A DNA stretch of 61,277 nt, counting the filler. It is 10 parts of 10 records of this genome, joined end to end, with 100 filler letters (N's around TTAATTAATTAA, not from the genome) between each part and the next. Parts side by side here need not be neighbours in the genome. Positions count along the whole stretch, not along the records: positions 1 to 13,585 come from SRR7504441_5976; positions 13,686 to 20,199 come from SRR7504441_5977; positions 20,300 to 25,303 come from SRR7504441_5980; 7 more parts are not named here. One strand, written 5' to 3'. The position numbers and the translations under genes were made by a program. Positions 10,323-21,049 of the stretch are shown here, one piece after another. The notes beneath the pieces are model-generated. The model saw only the letters and a program-made list of their open reading frames with translations. It was not told where the DNA came from and made no database searches. Position 1 is the stretch's first letter; every line of letters starts with the position of its first letter.

Positions 10323-13300
10323 ATGGCGAGGCGGCCGTCGGTGGGGGCGCTCGCCCGAGCCCTCGCCACCACAGTGACCGCCCGGAGGCTGGTCCGTCGC
10401 TGGCGCGCCGACTCCCTGGGCACAGGCAGCGGTAGCAGCGATGCGCTGCCAGTTAACGCCGGCGCGTCGGAGCTCCCCACTGCCGGGTCGCCCGGGTACT
10501 CGGGCCCGGACGAGCAAGTGCGCGCGGCGCTGGGGCACCGGACGGCTATATTGACGACCGCGGCACCGTCGAACGAGCTGGGTGAGCCTCCGAGCAGCCC
10601 CCACCTGGACCGGTGGCGCCGGCAGCCACTGGTGGCCCGGTCCAAGATGAGCGCCGTGGTGGACACGATGGTGGTGGGCCCCGACATCTGGCACCGGGCC
10701 CTGCTGGCGCTCCTCCGTTGGCGGCTCCGCTGGTGGCTCTCAGAGGCCGCCCAGCGCGGGTCGCCGGCCTCTTCCCCGCTGCCCCGCCGGGCGGTAGACG
10801 CCGGTGGCAGGGACGCGGCGGCCGGCCCGGCCGAGCTGCGGGCGGCGCTGGAGCTGAAATCGAGTGAGTGTGCGCAGCTGGCTGCGCTGAATGCCACGTT
10901 AAGCCGGGAAAACGAGGAGATGTCCGCTCGGCTGGCGGGCGCTGCCGAGCGAGGCTTCCGCGGGATCTGGCGGGCGATGCTCGCGCACTGGATCGAGGCG
11001 CGGTTAAGCACGTGCGTGCGCCGCTGGGCTGTCAGGCGGCGGGAGGGGTTGAGGGCGCGGCTGGACCGTATGGATGAGGTTGAGTCTAGTGTTTGTGGCG
11101 CTCGGGAGGAAGCCGAGATGTTGTTCGAGCAGGCTAGCGAGTTAGAGAGGAAGCTGAAGAAGGCGGAGGCGGCGCGGGCGGAGGCGAAGGAGGAGCTGAC
11201 GGCTGTTGAGCAGGCGGCAGCGGACAAGCTGAAGCAGGCGGCGGCTGAAACGCTGCGGCTCAAGGAACAGTATGAGGAGGCTAGTGAGGCGCTCCAGGCT
11301 GCGCAGGTAGAGCTAGATCAGCTGCGGGCCGACAGCGTCGAGTGGGAACGGAGCGAGAGACTGGCGGCCGAGCAGCAGAAGCAGAGCAGGGGGCAGCAGC
11401 GGGCGCAGGCGCAGGGGATTGCGCAGCTTGAGGCTTCGGTTCGTCGACAGGCTAGGGAACTGGAGGAGAAGGACGAGCGGCTCATGGCTTGCGACGGGCT
11501 GCGGAACGAGGTGGTGATGCTCCGTAAGCAAGTGGCGATGCTCGAGGCCAAGCAGCAGTCGATGCTGGTCAAAGCTTGCGACGAGCGGAAGGCACACATG
11601 GCCGAGCTGCAGGCGCTGCAAGCGCTAGTCCCACCCGACCGCGCCGCTGCTTTGCCGCAGGAGATCGCGGGGCATCTGGCCGATGCTCAGCTGGTGCGGT
11701 CCAAGAGGGACGTGGTGGCGCTCCGCAAGCGCGAGCAGAGTTTAATCAAGCAGACGTCCGATCAGGAGAAGGCAACAGCAGGGCTCAAGGAGGACCTGGC
11801 CTCTCTCAATGCTCAAGTGGCCCGACAGGGCAGGGTCAAACAGCTCTGTGGGATGCGGATGGTCCGTTGGGCGCTCGTCCAGCGGAGCGCCAGCCGGATG
11901 ACAGGGCTAGTGGCTGGATCCGTGGCGGCCTGGCGAGGTTCTGTGGACGCGACGCCTCCTCTCGAGAGGCTGCGGGCGCAGTTGGCGGTAAAAGAGAAGC
12001 TCGTGGAGCAGCTGCGGTCCGAGCAGGCCCGGAGGGACAAGCAGACGCGAACTGAGCTGGGCAAACTGCAAGACCAGGCCAGAAATCACCACGGCCAGCT
12101 CCAGGCGGCCCGGCTGCACAGTGCACTGTCAGAAGCCGAGAGCTTGAGCGATGCTGAGTCGCCTTTGAGCTCGCCAGTGGTCTCTGCAGAGAACGCGCAG
12201 CTGAAGGCAGCGCTCGAGGGGCGAGTCCGTGAACTGAACCGGAGCGAGGGGAACCGGAAGCGTGAACAGCTAGAGTCGGGGCTGCGGCTGCTGCGCGTTG
12301 TGCTGGCCCAACATGGCAAGGACAAGATCGCAAGCTGCGTGGCCGGCTGGCAGGCGGCGCAGCAGTTGTCTGCGAGTACGAGCGCTAATATCTCCCAGAT
12401 CGAGATCATGCTCAAGCAAGCCAGTGCTAGGCAGGAGCGGGAGGCCGAGCAGCTGGAGGAGAAGCACGCGGAGGCTAGGCACAAGGTGACGCGGCTGGAG
12501 GCCAGAGTGAGCCAGCTTGAGGAGAGTGAGAAGGGCATGCTCGATCAGCTGCTCGAGGCGCACGTCACTGTGGCCGAGCTGCAGAAGGACTTGGACTTGA
12601 CTGCCAGTCAGCGAGTGCAGGTGCAGAGCCAGCTGGAGTCGTCCCAGTTTCTCGAGCAGATGCACGCCGAAGAGGTTATTAATAATAGCGAGCGTTGCTC
12701 TATTAGCAATTGATCGGGTCGTTAGGTGGCTTCGCTTGAAGCGGAGATAGCGAGGCTCCAGGCAAGGGAGGCTTGGCACATTGAGACTGCACGGGCCGAC
12801 GAGGAGATGCAGCAGAGCATGATGGAGCAGTTGGGGCCGGAGCAGACTTACAGCGCGCAGAGCGCTCACCTGGCGTCAATGATGGATGCAGTTGCAAAGC
12901 TAAGTCAATTCGAGTCTGAATTGCTGCTTGAGCACGCGCACTGCCTCGCGGCCGATCAGGGCTGCCCGGATAGGAGAGAGGCGGTGCTGCATGACTTGAT
13001 AGCCGGTGGTAAGCACAGCAGTGTGGACAGCTTGAGGGCAGAACTGGACGGGCGGGTGAGCGAGAAGACTCTGGAGGGGGTTAAGACAGGGCTGGTCCGG
13101 GCACAGCTCGAGGGGGCAGTCAGCACAGAGACCCAGGATAACATCAAGGCGGGCCTGGTTCGGACTCAGCTGGAGGGCAACGAAGGTACAGAAGTCCTGG
13201 CTGACATCAAGGCTGGGCTGGTACGTTCTGAGCTGGATGGTGTGGTTGGTGTCGAGACCCAGGATAACATCAAGGCTGGGCTGGTGAGAGCCCAGCTAGA

Positions 13301-13460
13301 GAGCACAGTGAGCGACCTATTGCTGATGAATATAAGAGAGAGCGTAACAGACAGGCTCGGGCAATCACCGAAGGGAGAGCGTGAAGTCACGAAGCAAGAC
13401 GAACAAACTTCGATCGCGGATGTAAATAATTGGCTGCAGCGCCCGCCGCCGTCTTTTTGA
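10323..13460 (+). CDS. Large coiled-coil protein with Trp-ending helical motifs and C-terminal 20-aa repeats
   Basis: 796-aa and 244-aa ORFs joined in frame by a 51-nt GT-AG intron at 12675-12725; heptad-rich E/Q/K/A sequence. Confidence 0.7.
13030..13330 (+). repeat. Coding tandem repeat, about 60 nt / 20 aa, 4-5 copies (K[AT]GLVR[AST][QE]L[ED]G)
   Basis: VKTGLVRAQLEGAVSTETQDN / IKAGLVRTQLEGNEGTEVLAD / IKAGLVRSELDGVVGVETQDN / IKAGLVRAQLESTVS; the DNA string GAGACCCAGGATAACATCAAGGC is repeated. Confidence 0.85.
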
Positions 13461-13585
13461 ATGTTGCTCGGTCTAATCTATGATTTAATTACACAATCTC
13501 ATGTAATTTCGGGCGCATTCGCCCACGTGCACAGCATTGTTACGGGTCCGCTCATGTCAATAATATAATATTATTATATAATAAG

Positions 13586-13685
13586 NNNNNNNNNNNNNNN
13601 NNNNNNNNNNNNNNNNNNNNNNNNNNNNNTTAATTAATTAANNNNNNNNNNNNNNNNNNNNNNNNNNNNNNNNNNNNNNNNNNNN
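13586..13685. other. Artificial contig spacer
   Basis: N44-TTAATTAATTAA-N44 (stops in all six frames). Identical spacers at 20200-20299, 25304-25403, 28981-29080, 35746-35845, 44203-44302, 49794-49893, 52912-53011 and 57379-57478. Confidence 0.99.
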
Positions 13686-15229
13686 GCAGTTTGCTCGGTG
13701 GCGCCGCGACGGGGGGCGGCATAGTGTTCACAGCTGAGCCAGCTGCTGCACCCATGGGCAGCAAGCAGGAGCCGACCTCGCACTATCTCGTTATTGCGCC
13801 GCTGCCACGATCGATGGAACAGGATGGCGTGCCGCGGTACGCGCTGTATGAGGCGAAGATCGAATGCGAGGGCAAGCAGGATGTGCCTGGCCTCAAGCAC
13901 TATGTGGCAGCGGTGGTGCCCGCCACACAGCTCATGAATCTCACTATCCTTCACCGCTTTGTGCGAGTGGCGACGCAGCTTATTGGAGACGATGACGCGG
14001 TCCCGGCAGGATGGCGCAGCACCCCGGCGGTGCATGGGTGTGGGCATTGGGGCAAGGCACCTGACACGTTTGCAATCGACGTGGTGAGGGCATCAGAGAA
14101 GTTGGATGTGCTCACAAAGCTCGCCGCAGAGCATGGGTTTGCGCATCGAAGTGAGGAAGAAAGTGACTGGCACTACGCACGGCGTGCACAGCAATATCTC
14201 TGCTCAAGGGTCCGCTACGATGCAGCTGCGGCCGGCAGTGCGAATGCAGGCAAATCCCCCGCCCATTGCCTGAGCACAAGAGTTGCACATTGCGGCAACT
14301 TCTCGTCCGCCTATCGCGAGCTCCTGTCCTTTGGCGGCGTGCTGTGCCAAAGCGCGATCGGCGAGTGGATCTGCGAACGCGGCAAGTGCCACTGCGTGAA
14401 CGATGTCTTCCTTGAAGACTGCGGATGGATCCCTGTAGAACCTGCCGGCAATGGCGCCATCTACGACAAAAACCCGAGCGAGTGGGGGCCGCCCTCCTTT
14501 ATATCGCCATCCTTTGGAGTGGCTGACGACATGCTCATCTGTGACCAAGGATGGCGTGAATATCACACCGGCGCAGTGCACGCCAACGACTCGCGCATCC
14601 TGTTTGGTTCGAGCGCCGGCGAAAAGGCGGAGCCAGCGAGCGTGGCTGAAGCCATTTTCAAGCGTTTTGACGCGGACAATAGTGGCACGTTGGACAAATC
14701 GGAGGCCCGGCAGATGCTTGCGACGATGCTCGGAATTCACGAGCACTGGCCGGGCGCATCCGATGCTCTCAACGCCGCTGCAGCTGCCTTAGATCTCGAC
14801 CAGGATGGCACGATCTCTCGCGAGGAGCTACTTGCGGGCATCGAGAAAGGCGACAACGCCGCAGCGCACCTCCTCGCGTCTGCCTCGCAGCAGGTGAACA
14901 TGGGGCAGAATGTTGTCCAGCTGCGCCCACTCACACTGGAGGCGGGGTTGGGCGAGGGCGCGTGGATTCGGGATGGCGTGGTGTGTGGGACGGCTGGCAT
15001 GCCGATCCCTTGCGTGGGCCATGGCCTAATGGCCCAGTATGAGAGTTCCAATTTCACGGCGGGAAAGATGTGGCTAGAGGAGCTGCGCGCACGCCCTCAC
15101 GTGGTCGTCAATGAGAGCGACGCAAAGGGAGGATGTTGTGCAGCGCGTCAACCCATCGATGACGAGGAAGCAAGTGAATTGTTCGCCAAGATTGAGGCAC
15201 GCTGCAAGGAGCTGTACGCACGCCAGTGA
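13686..15229 (+). CDS. Transglutaminase-like domain + EF-hand pair protein (5'-truncated by contig edge, intronless)
   Basis: YLCSRVRYD...SPAHCLSTRVAHCGNFSSAYRELL (catalytic Cys region), HCVNDVFLEDCGWIPVEP (His / acidic residue); EF loops DADNSGTLDKSE and DLDQDGTISREE. Confidence 0.7.
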
Positions 15230-15292
15230 CGCAAGCAACAAATACAGTTAAAAATTATAAACATTTGTATTCAAGTCAGTGTCAAGTCAGTA

Positions 15293-17092
15293 TCAATTGA
15301 GATTGACTGATGGAAGCATGATTTCGAAGGGCGCTGCAGGCAGTGCATCCCCGATGTAGACGCAGTCAGGGGGCACACCCGTCCAGCTCTCGTTAGGTCT
15401 GGGCTTGCGCTGGCAGCCTGGCGCGATCCCTCCGTATACACTCGCGCCGCCTGGCACAGGCCCGCCAGCTTGCCCACTGTAGACCCCACAGTTGGGGTAG
15501 GCTTCCCACGAATACCTCACCCCTAGCACACTCTGATCCGCGGTGTGCAGACTGACCATGCTGCCGGAGACTGTGGTCGCGTTAGCCCGATGGCGCACCC
15601 AGCTGTTAGGGGCGCCATTTGCTGCGACTAGGAGTGCGAAAGGGCTAGTGTCGCAGCAGCGGAAGCCCACGATCGGCTCCCCAGTGCTGCCGTCGCCACC
15701 CACGCACCCGGCCGTGCCATGCAGGTGGACCGCTGCCTCGAATACGAGCCCCACAGTGCTGCCGGAGGCGCTCGCATTGAGCAGCCGAGGTCCGACCGGC
15801 GTGCCTGCCCTGCCCCACACCAGCCGCTCCAACTGGAGCCCAAACCTGCGGGCGAGCACAGCCTTCCGGGGCGAGTGTATCCTCGCGGCAGGGCTGTTCA
15901 GGGTGCCCAGGTCAAAGTTGAGCACCAGCGTCGCTTTGGCGGCCGCGGCAGCTGTTGCCTGAGCCGCACGCAGCGTGGCGAAGTTGGAGCTTGGTCGGCA
16001 GCTCTCACAGACCGGGAGGGCCGGGGGTACGCACCGGCCCTTGCATGCGGCATACCCATCCAACTCGGCAAACACAAACGGCAGCGGAGGCTCAGCTGAC
16101 GCGAACTGGGCAGGCTGGAACTGGGAGCGCCAGTCCGTGATGAGGGCAGTCATGGCGCACGAGTAGAAACTGGCGCCCAGCGGCGCGACACAGCTAGAGC
16201 TGGTGCTCCCGTCCCACTCGGCAGCGCACACGTTGTTCTCGCCTTGATACCAGAGGATGCTGCTCAGGGCCATCGGGGCCAGCGGCGCAATCATCTGCCG
16301 CCAGAGCGTGCTGCACCAGGGCCCCTTCTTCTCGAAGCTTGGTATGTCGGCTGGGTTGTTGAGGCAGTTGGTCAGGTTGCCGGGGCTGGCTGCAGCTCCG
16401 GTCGGCCAGTGTGCGGCGCACTTGTGCAAGGTAGTGGGTGCACTCCACTGCTCGATCCCTGTACCGCCCACGCAAGAGGACACGAGCCCCACGGCGATGG
16501 CGCCGCCCAGGGCACGGTGAATGTCACGTCCAACAAGCCAGCACAGGCTGGAGAAAGCGCCGGTTGTGCTTGCATTGGCGTGCGTCCAGGTCTGGTTAGG
16601 CGGGGTTCCGATTGGCGGCCACATCACCCCGTTGTTCATCAGCCGGATGTCGTACAGGTGGGCCGCAGCCAGCTCGGCCGATTGATTCATCATCAGCCGG
16701 TTGGCTAATTGGACTGCCATGTTGGACTGGCCGGCACAGAGGAACACGTCACCGAACGCCAGGTCATTGAGTTTGGCACCAGGAGACGAGCCAGCCTCGC
16801 CGATCGTGAGGGTGTTGCCCTTGCTCGCAGGCTGGGGCGGCAGGGCCACGAGCCACCTGCCATCAGCCCCAGCCGTAGTCTGTACGCGGATTGCCTGTGG
16901 TGCCAGCAGCACCGACACCGTGGCGCCGGGGGAGGCAGTGCCAAAGATGCGCGCTGCGCGCGGCTGCCGCTGTAGAACCATGCCAGATGAGAACACCGAG
17001 TTGAGGCGCACAGGCATCGAGACCACGGCAGCGGTAGCAACTGCTGGAGACAGCATCAGCAACAGCAGCCCGATGAACACCAGCAACTGCAT
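15293..17092 (-). CDS. Secreted sialate O-acetylesterase-family (SASA/SGNH) carbohydrate esterase, intronless
   Basis: Signal peptide; motifs FSSGMVLQR, FGDVFLCAGQSNM, GLVSSCVGGTGIEQW, MIAPLAPMALSSILWYQGENN, IHSPRK, GVRYSW. Confidence 0.88.
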   Translation of the reverse strand: MQLLVFIGLLLLMLSPAVATAAVVSMPVRLNSVFSSGMVLQRQPRAARIFGTASPGATVSVLLAPQAIRVQTTAGADGRWLVALPPQPASKGNTLTIGEAGSSPGAKLNDLAFGDVFLCAGQSNMAVQLANRLMMNQSAELAAAHLYDIRLMNNGVMWPPIGTPPNQTWTHANASTTGAFSSLCWLVGRDIHRALGGAIAVGLVSSCVGGTGIEQWSAPTTLHKCAAHWPTGAAASPGNLTNCLNNPADIPSFEKKGPWCSTLWRQMIAPLAPMALSSILWYQGENNVCAAEWDGSTSSSCVAPLGASFYSCAMTALITDWRSQFQPAQFASAEPPLPFVFAELDGYAACKGRCVPPALPVCESCRPSSNFATLRAAQATAAAAAKATLVLNFDLGTLNSPAARIHSPRKAVLARRFGLQLERLVWGRAGTPVGPRLLNASASGSTVGLVFEAAVHLHGTAGCVGGDGSTGEPIVGFRCCDTSPFALLVAANGAPNSWVRHRANATTVSGSMVSLHTADQSVLGVRYSWEAYPNCGVYSGQAGGPVPGGASVYGGIAPGCQRKPRPNESWTGVPPDCVYIGDALPAAPFEIMLPSVNLN

Positions 17093-17251
17093 CAAATCAG
17101 CAACCCTCACCGAAACACCTGGCCATGCACACTGCAGCTCGTGGCCGGTAACGGTTTTTTCACCTACAGGTCGCGTGCAGTTCGCAAACGATAAGTAGAG
17201 ACTGAGTACTCGTACTTTTCGAATTAATATTTAGGTACATTTATATGGAAC

Positions 17252-20097
17252 TTATAGTGAACTAGCAAGCTTCAACAGCTTCACTGTGTAAGCTTGCACT
17301 TCACACACATATGAGACATTGCCCTTGAATGTCCCGAGAGTCGTGCCCGTCAAAAGATCACTGAGAACCACCTTTGAAGTCGATGGGACAGCCAGCCCGT
17401 ACAAGGCGGGTTCCATCTGAAGATGATAAGAAACTGCACTCATATTGGCGGGGAGTGCAATCGCGCATATCACAGAAGCCGGCTCGTGCTGTCTGTCGCG
17501 CAAGAAGCATGCCGCCTGGAGCTCGGCGCTGCCGGTACTGGCTGGAGCTTTCAACGAACGTGTCGCCCGCCCATGTACCTATGCATCCAGCCACAATCAG
17601 CCCAGCTACATGTGAGAAGTAGTGCGCACCATCCAGTGCTTGGCAGCAATCCGTGCCTCGGAAAGCTTCCGGATGTAGGCGACCTTCATGGAGTTTGCGG
17701 GGTCATAGAACTGGGCACCCTGGTCTTGATACGTAAACCAGCCCATTGTGCCTCCCACCATGAATTGGCTTGTGAGCATCTGCACTAGCCCTCCATCTAG
17801 GGGAGGCCCTGTCGTAGCATGTCCTGTCGCATAACCATAACCACCTGAACACAGGCTCACAACTCCGAGCCAGTTCCTTGGATTTGACATATAATCAACG
17901 CTCATAAGTAATTCATACCCACCGTAGATGGCGGACCAATACGGCAGTTCGGTCCATTGGAGCCCAAGCAAGATGTCGAAGCGGGCGCCGCTCACCTCCT
18001 CGACGATCCCCTCGGTCATGAACATGCTCGGCGAGTGCACCTTGGACCGCACCTCACTCATGATCGCATCAAACGCATCCGCCCAAAAACTGCCCCCATT
18101 GATTGAGTGGCCATGCGATGGGTCTGCACAGTTGCGCTGCTCGCCGTTGCCTACTTGGTCCACATATACACCATCGAACCCGAGCTCGTTCACAGCCCGG
18201 ATGATGGTATCACTCATCACCTTGCTCCAATACGCAGTTGCTGGGCACATCACTGCACTCGTGATACCGTCGAAATGCTCAAGGTGAGGGCTCAAGGCCG
18301 GCTGGCTGGTTCCAGTCTTCATTGTCTGCTCCGCATACTTCTGTGTCGCGAGTGATGCGTTCTCCTGATTCCATCGAGGGGTCAGAGTGTCGAAGAGTTG
18401 CCCATTGATGTACGGAATCACCTAGCCAGAGCTCTGAGCAGCCGTACGAGCACGGCTGCCGCCTCACCCGCATCCCAGCGCGCCGCATCGCCTCGATCGC
18501 CTCCTTGCACCCCACCCGGGCTGGGAAGTAGTCCGGGTAATGGGTGTCAAAGCCACACGGCGCCGGATGCCGGTCGCAATTGGTGTGGTTCGACCCAAGC
18601 GCGTAGCCCAGAGTGTCCCACTCATACCAATGCAGTGCAAGGATCCCGCCATGAGCCTGGAGCTCGAGCACCTGCCTCGACCACCCTCAGTAGGCTGAGC
18701 TCGGCCAGGGGAGGCAAGCCACACCTATCTTAATGATCCAAGATCATTAGTGTTCCGGAATACGGGGATTTACGACTCGCCATTAGAGTTCGGGTCAGGG
18801 TTAGGGTTAGGGTTAGGGCTAGGACCTGGCTGAACGGGATCATCTCGAGCTGCACGTGCTCAGGGTTGCCGCCGTAATTAGGCAGCAGAGGGTCCCCGCC
18901 CCAGTTATTGTTGACCCAGAGTGTGATGTTTTCAAGCCACTCGGGCAGATCACTCCTTCGGTCGAGAGGCCCGAGACGGGTCCACTGAGCGCTCTCAACC
19001 ACCCAGCTGCGGTACATGCTCGCAATGTCCCACCAGTCACCGTCGAGCACAGTGAGTGCTATTGGAAAGTCTGGGTGGTAGTGTTCAAGAGGCAGGGTTG
19101 CATTCGTCCCAAGCACTGTGCAGCTGAGCAATCCAGACTGGCCGACCGTTGCCTGGCAGGTTTTGACATTCATCACTGGGTCGTGCGCTGCAAAGTAGAC
19201 TGCGGGCACGTGCGGATCGGAGGTATCGTACAGCCCCAGCATCTGCTTTGCGGCGCTTGTTTTGGCCACTTGAGTGTCGGGGCCGACCACCAGGTTGGGC
19301 ACCGAGATAGTATACTCCCAGAGCGAGAGCCGGCCGTCGCCCGAGAAGCTGATCTCGTACTCGAGCAGGCCGCCGCGCAGCGTGACGAGCATGCTCACAT
19401 CGACTGTTGCGGCAGGCGGCGGCGGTGGGCCGTAGGTATAGCAGTCGAGCGGGTAAGCTGTGAAGGGCTCGGCACTGTTCCCTGCGTATAGGTAGCCGTT
19501 CGTATTGAATGCAGTGCAGCCCAGGTTCGAAGCATTGCGGCAGCGTGCCTTCATCGCCACCGGATCGCAGTAGGGCAGCCCGGCATCATGGCCACAGCCG
19601 GGCATCCGATCGCAGTGCCCGCCTCTGGGGCCTCCTGAATCCTTTGCGAGGCACCTGCCGCCACAGTTGGAGTCTTTGTGCTGAGTCCAGCTCAGCCCGG
19701 GGACTGTGCCGCCGATGGCCCTCCCACCGGCCAGTGGCACCACGCAACCAGTCCAGTCGAGGCGCAGTGCGTTCGGTGAAGAGCCGTGCTGACTTGCGAT
19801 GGCTGATCCAGTGGTGTTGCAAACCGCCGATTCGGAGAAGACGGTGCTGATCCCGCTGCCTGTCCCAACGAAACCAGCACTCCAAAGAGAGCCGTTAGCG
19901 TCGCTCTCGACCACAGATCTGGCGCCAGCGCCGGCCTGCCGCAGCTCGGTGAGCAGCCCGAGCTTGCCTGGGTCCGTGGAGATGGTGGCGCTCAGCTTCG
20001 AGTCGCTCATCGTGTAAGACCCGGCTTGAGCGGGCGGGGTCAGCTGCACGATGAGTAGGGCCGTGAGAGGTGTGCCCCAGAACATGCCTCTCCGCAT
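17252..20097 (-). CDS. Secreted DUF6259-like putative glycoside hydrolase with inserted Cys-rich module, 3-4 introns
   Basis: Motifs GDWWDIASMYRSW, ALHWYEW, FDTHYPDYFPA, PYINGQLFD, VMCPAT.YW, FDGVYVDQV, C.DPSHGH..NGGSFW, MTEG. Introns: 18672-18825, 18422-18467, a 51-nt intron near 17578-17628, and a probable in-frame intron at 17845-17922. Confidence 0.7.
18783..18824 (+). repeat. Interstitial telomeric-type repeat (TTAGGG)n inside an intron
   Basis: TTAGAG TTCGGG TCAGGG TTAGGG TTAGGG TTAGGG CTAGGA: three perfect units and four degenerate ones. Confidence 0.85.
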
Positions 20098-20299
20098 CAG
20101 CAGTCCGACTGGCGAGGAGTCGGGAGATGATGATTGCGGCAACGGACTTTTACCGCCGGCGGCCAGTAACCTGTGTCTCCAGTGGACGTCTTATGTGTTN
20201 NNNNNNNNNNNNNNNNNNNNNNNNNNNNNNNNNNNNNNNNNNNTTAATTAATTAANNNNNNNNNNNNNNNNNNNNNNNNNNNNNNNNNNNNNNNNNNNN

Positions 20300-20988
20300 C
20301 CTCCTCCTGACGCCTCGCCTCTGCTGCTGCTTCCTCCTGGCTGGCCAGTTGCTTCCGCTCGGCCGCTGCCTCCTGCTCCGCCCATCGTTTGGCCTCCCGC
20401 TGCCACTGGCCCTCCTCCCGGCCCGGCGTCTGGTCGGCCTGCTGCTGCTGCCGCCTCATCTTGCGCCGGGCTGATCCAGTTCGCATCGCCTGCCCGACCG
20501 TCGGCCGGCGGGGCACGCACACGCACCATCGGGGGGCTGGGCGCCCTTGGCCTCTCTTGGGCCTCGCGCCAGGCCTTCTCGGCCTGCGCCCCGTCAGACA
20601 ATCCGCCGCCCGGCCCACCTCCCCGAGCTGCAGCGCCGTGGCTAGATCCGGCAGGTTCTCCTTGGCCTCCGAGCCGAGCCGCCAGCCCACCGGTGAGGCT
20701 TCCTCCCACCGCGGGCGCAGGCTCGGCTTGCGGCCCGAATCGACCGGCGTGGCCCGCAGCAGCTGCGAGGCGGTCATGGTGGGCGAAGCCGCCTCTGGGG
20801 CCGGGCTCAGCCGCCGGGTGCTGGGCCCGCCGTGTGGGCTCTCCAGCGGCGGGGCGGCGCGACCGGCCTTGGCGGCCTGGCCAGCGGCTCGGGCCGGCCG
20901 GCGGGGTGGGGGAGACCCGCTCGAAGATGGTGCCGAACTTGGGCGGGCGCTGCCCTAGGCGCTGCCCGTTGAGCGGTGCGAGCACCAT
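20300..20988 (-). CDS. Hypothetical protein, 3'-truncated, probably intron-containing, coiled-coil start
   Basis: ATG at 20988; a frame change, probably via short introns, leads to an E/Q/A/R-rich coiled-coil segment (EAKRWAEQEAAAERKQLASQEE) at the contig edge. Confidence 0.45.
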
Positions 20989-21049
20989 CCCCCCAGGCGC
21001 CTCCTAGCCCTCCTTGCAGATCAAATCGTAATTTGCAACGGACCTGCTG

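Noticed and set aside
13586-13685. Recurring TTAATTAATTAA element flanked by Ns, as a biological repeat or CRISPR-like array
   Set aside because: It is an identical 100-nt linker at nine places that cuts genes mid-frame. It is an assembly concatenation spacer, so adjacency across it has no meaning.
18783-18824. True chromosome end or telomerase RNA template
   Set aside because: It is internal to a gene with coding exons on both sides, and the run is longer and more degenerate than a template; no other telomerase RNA features could be supported.
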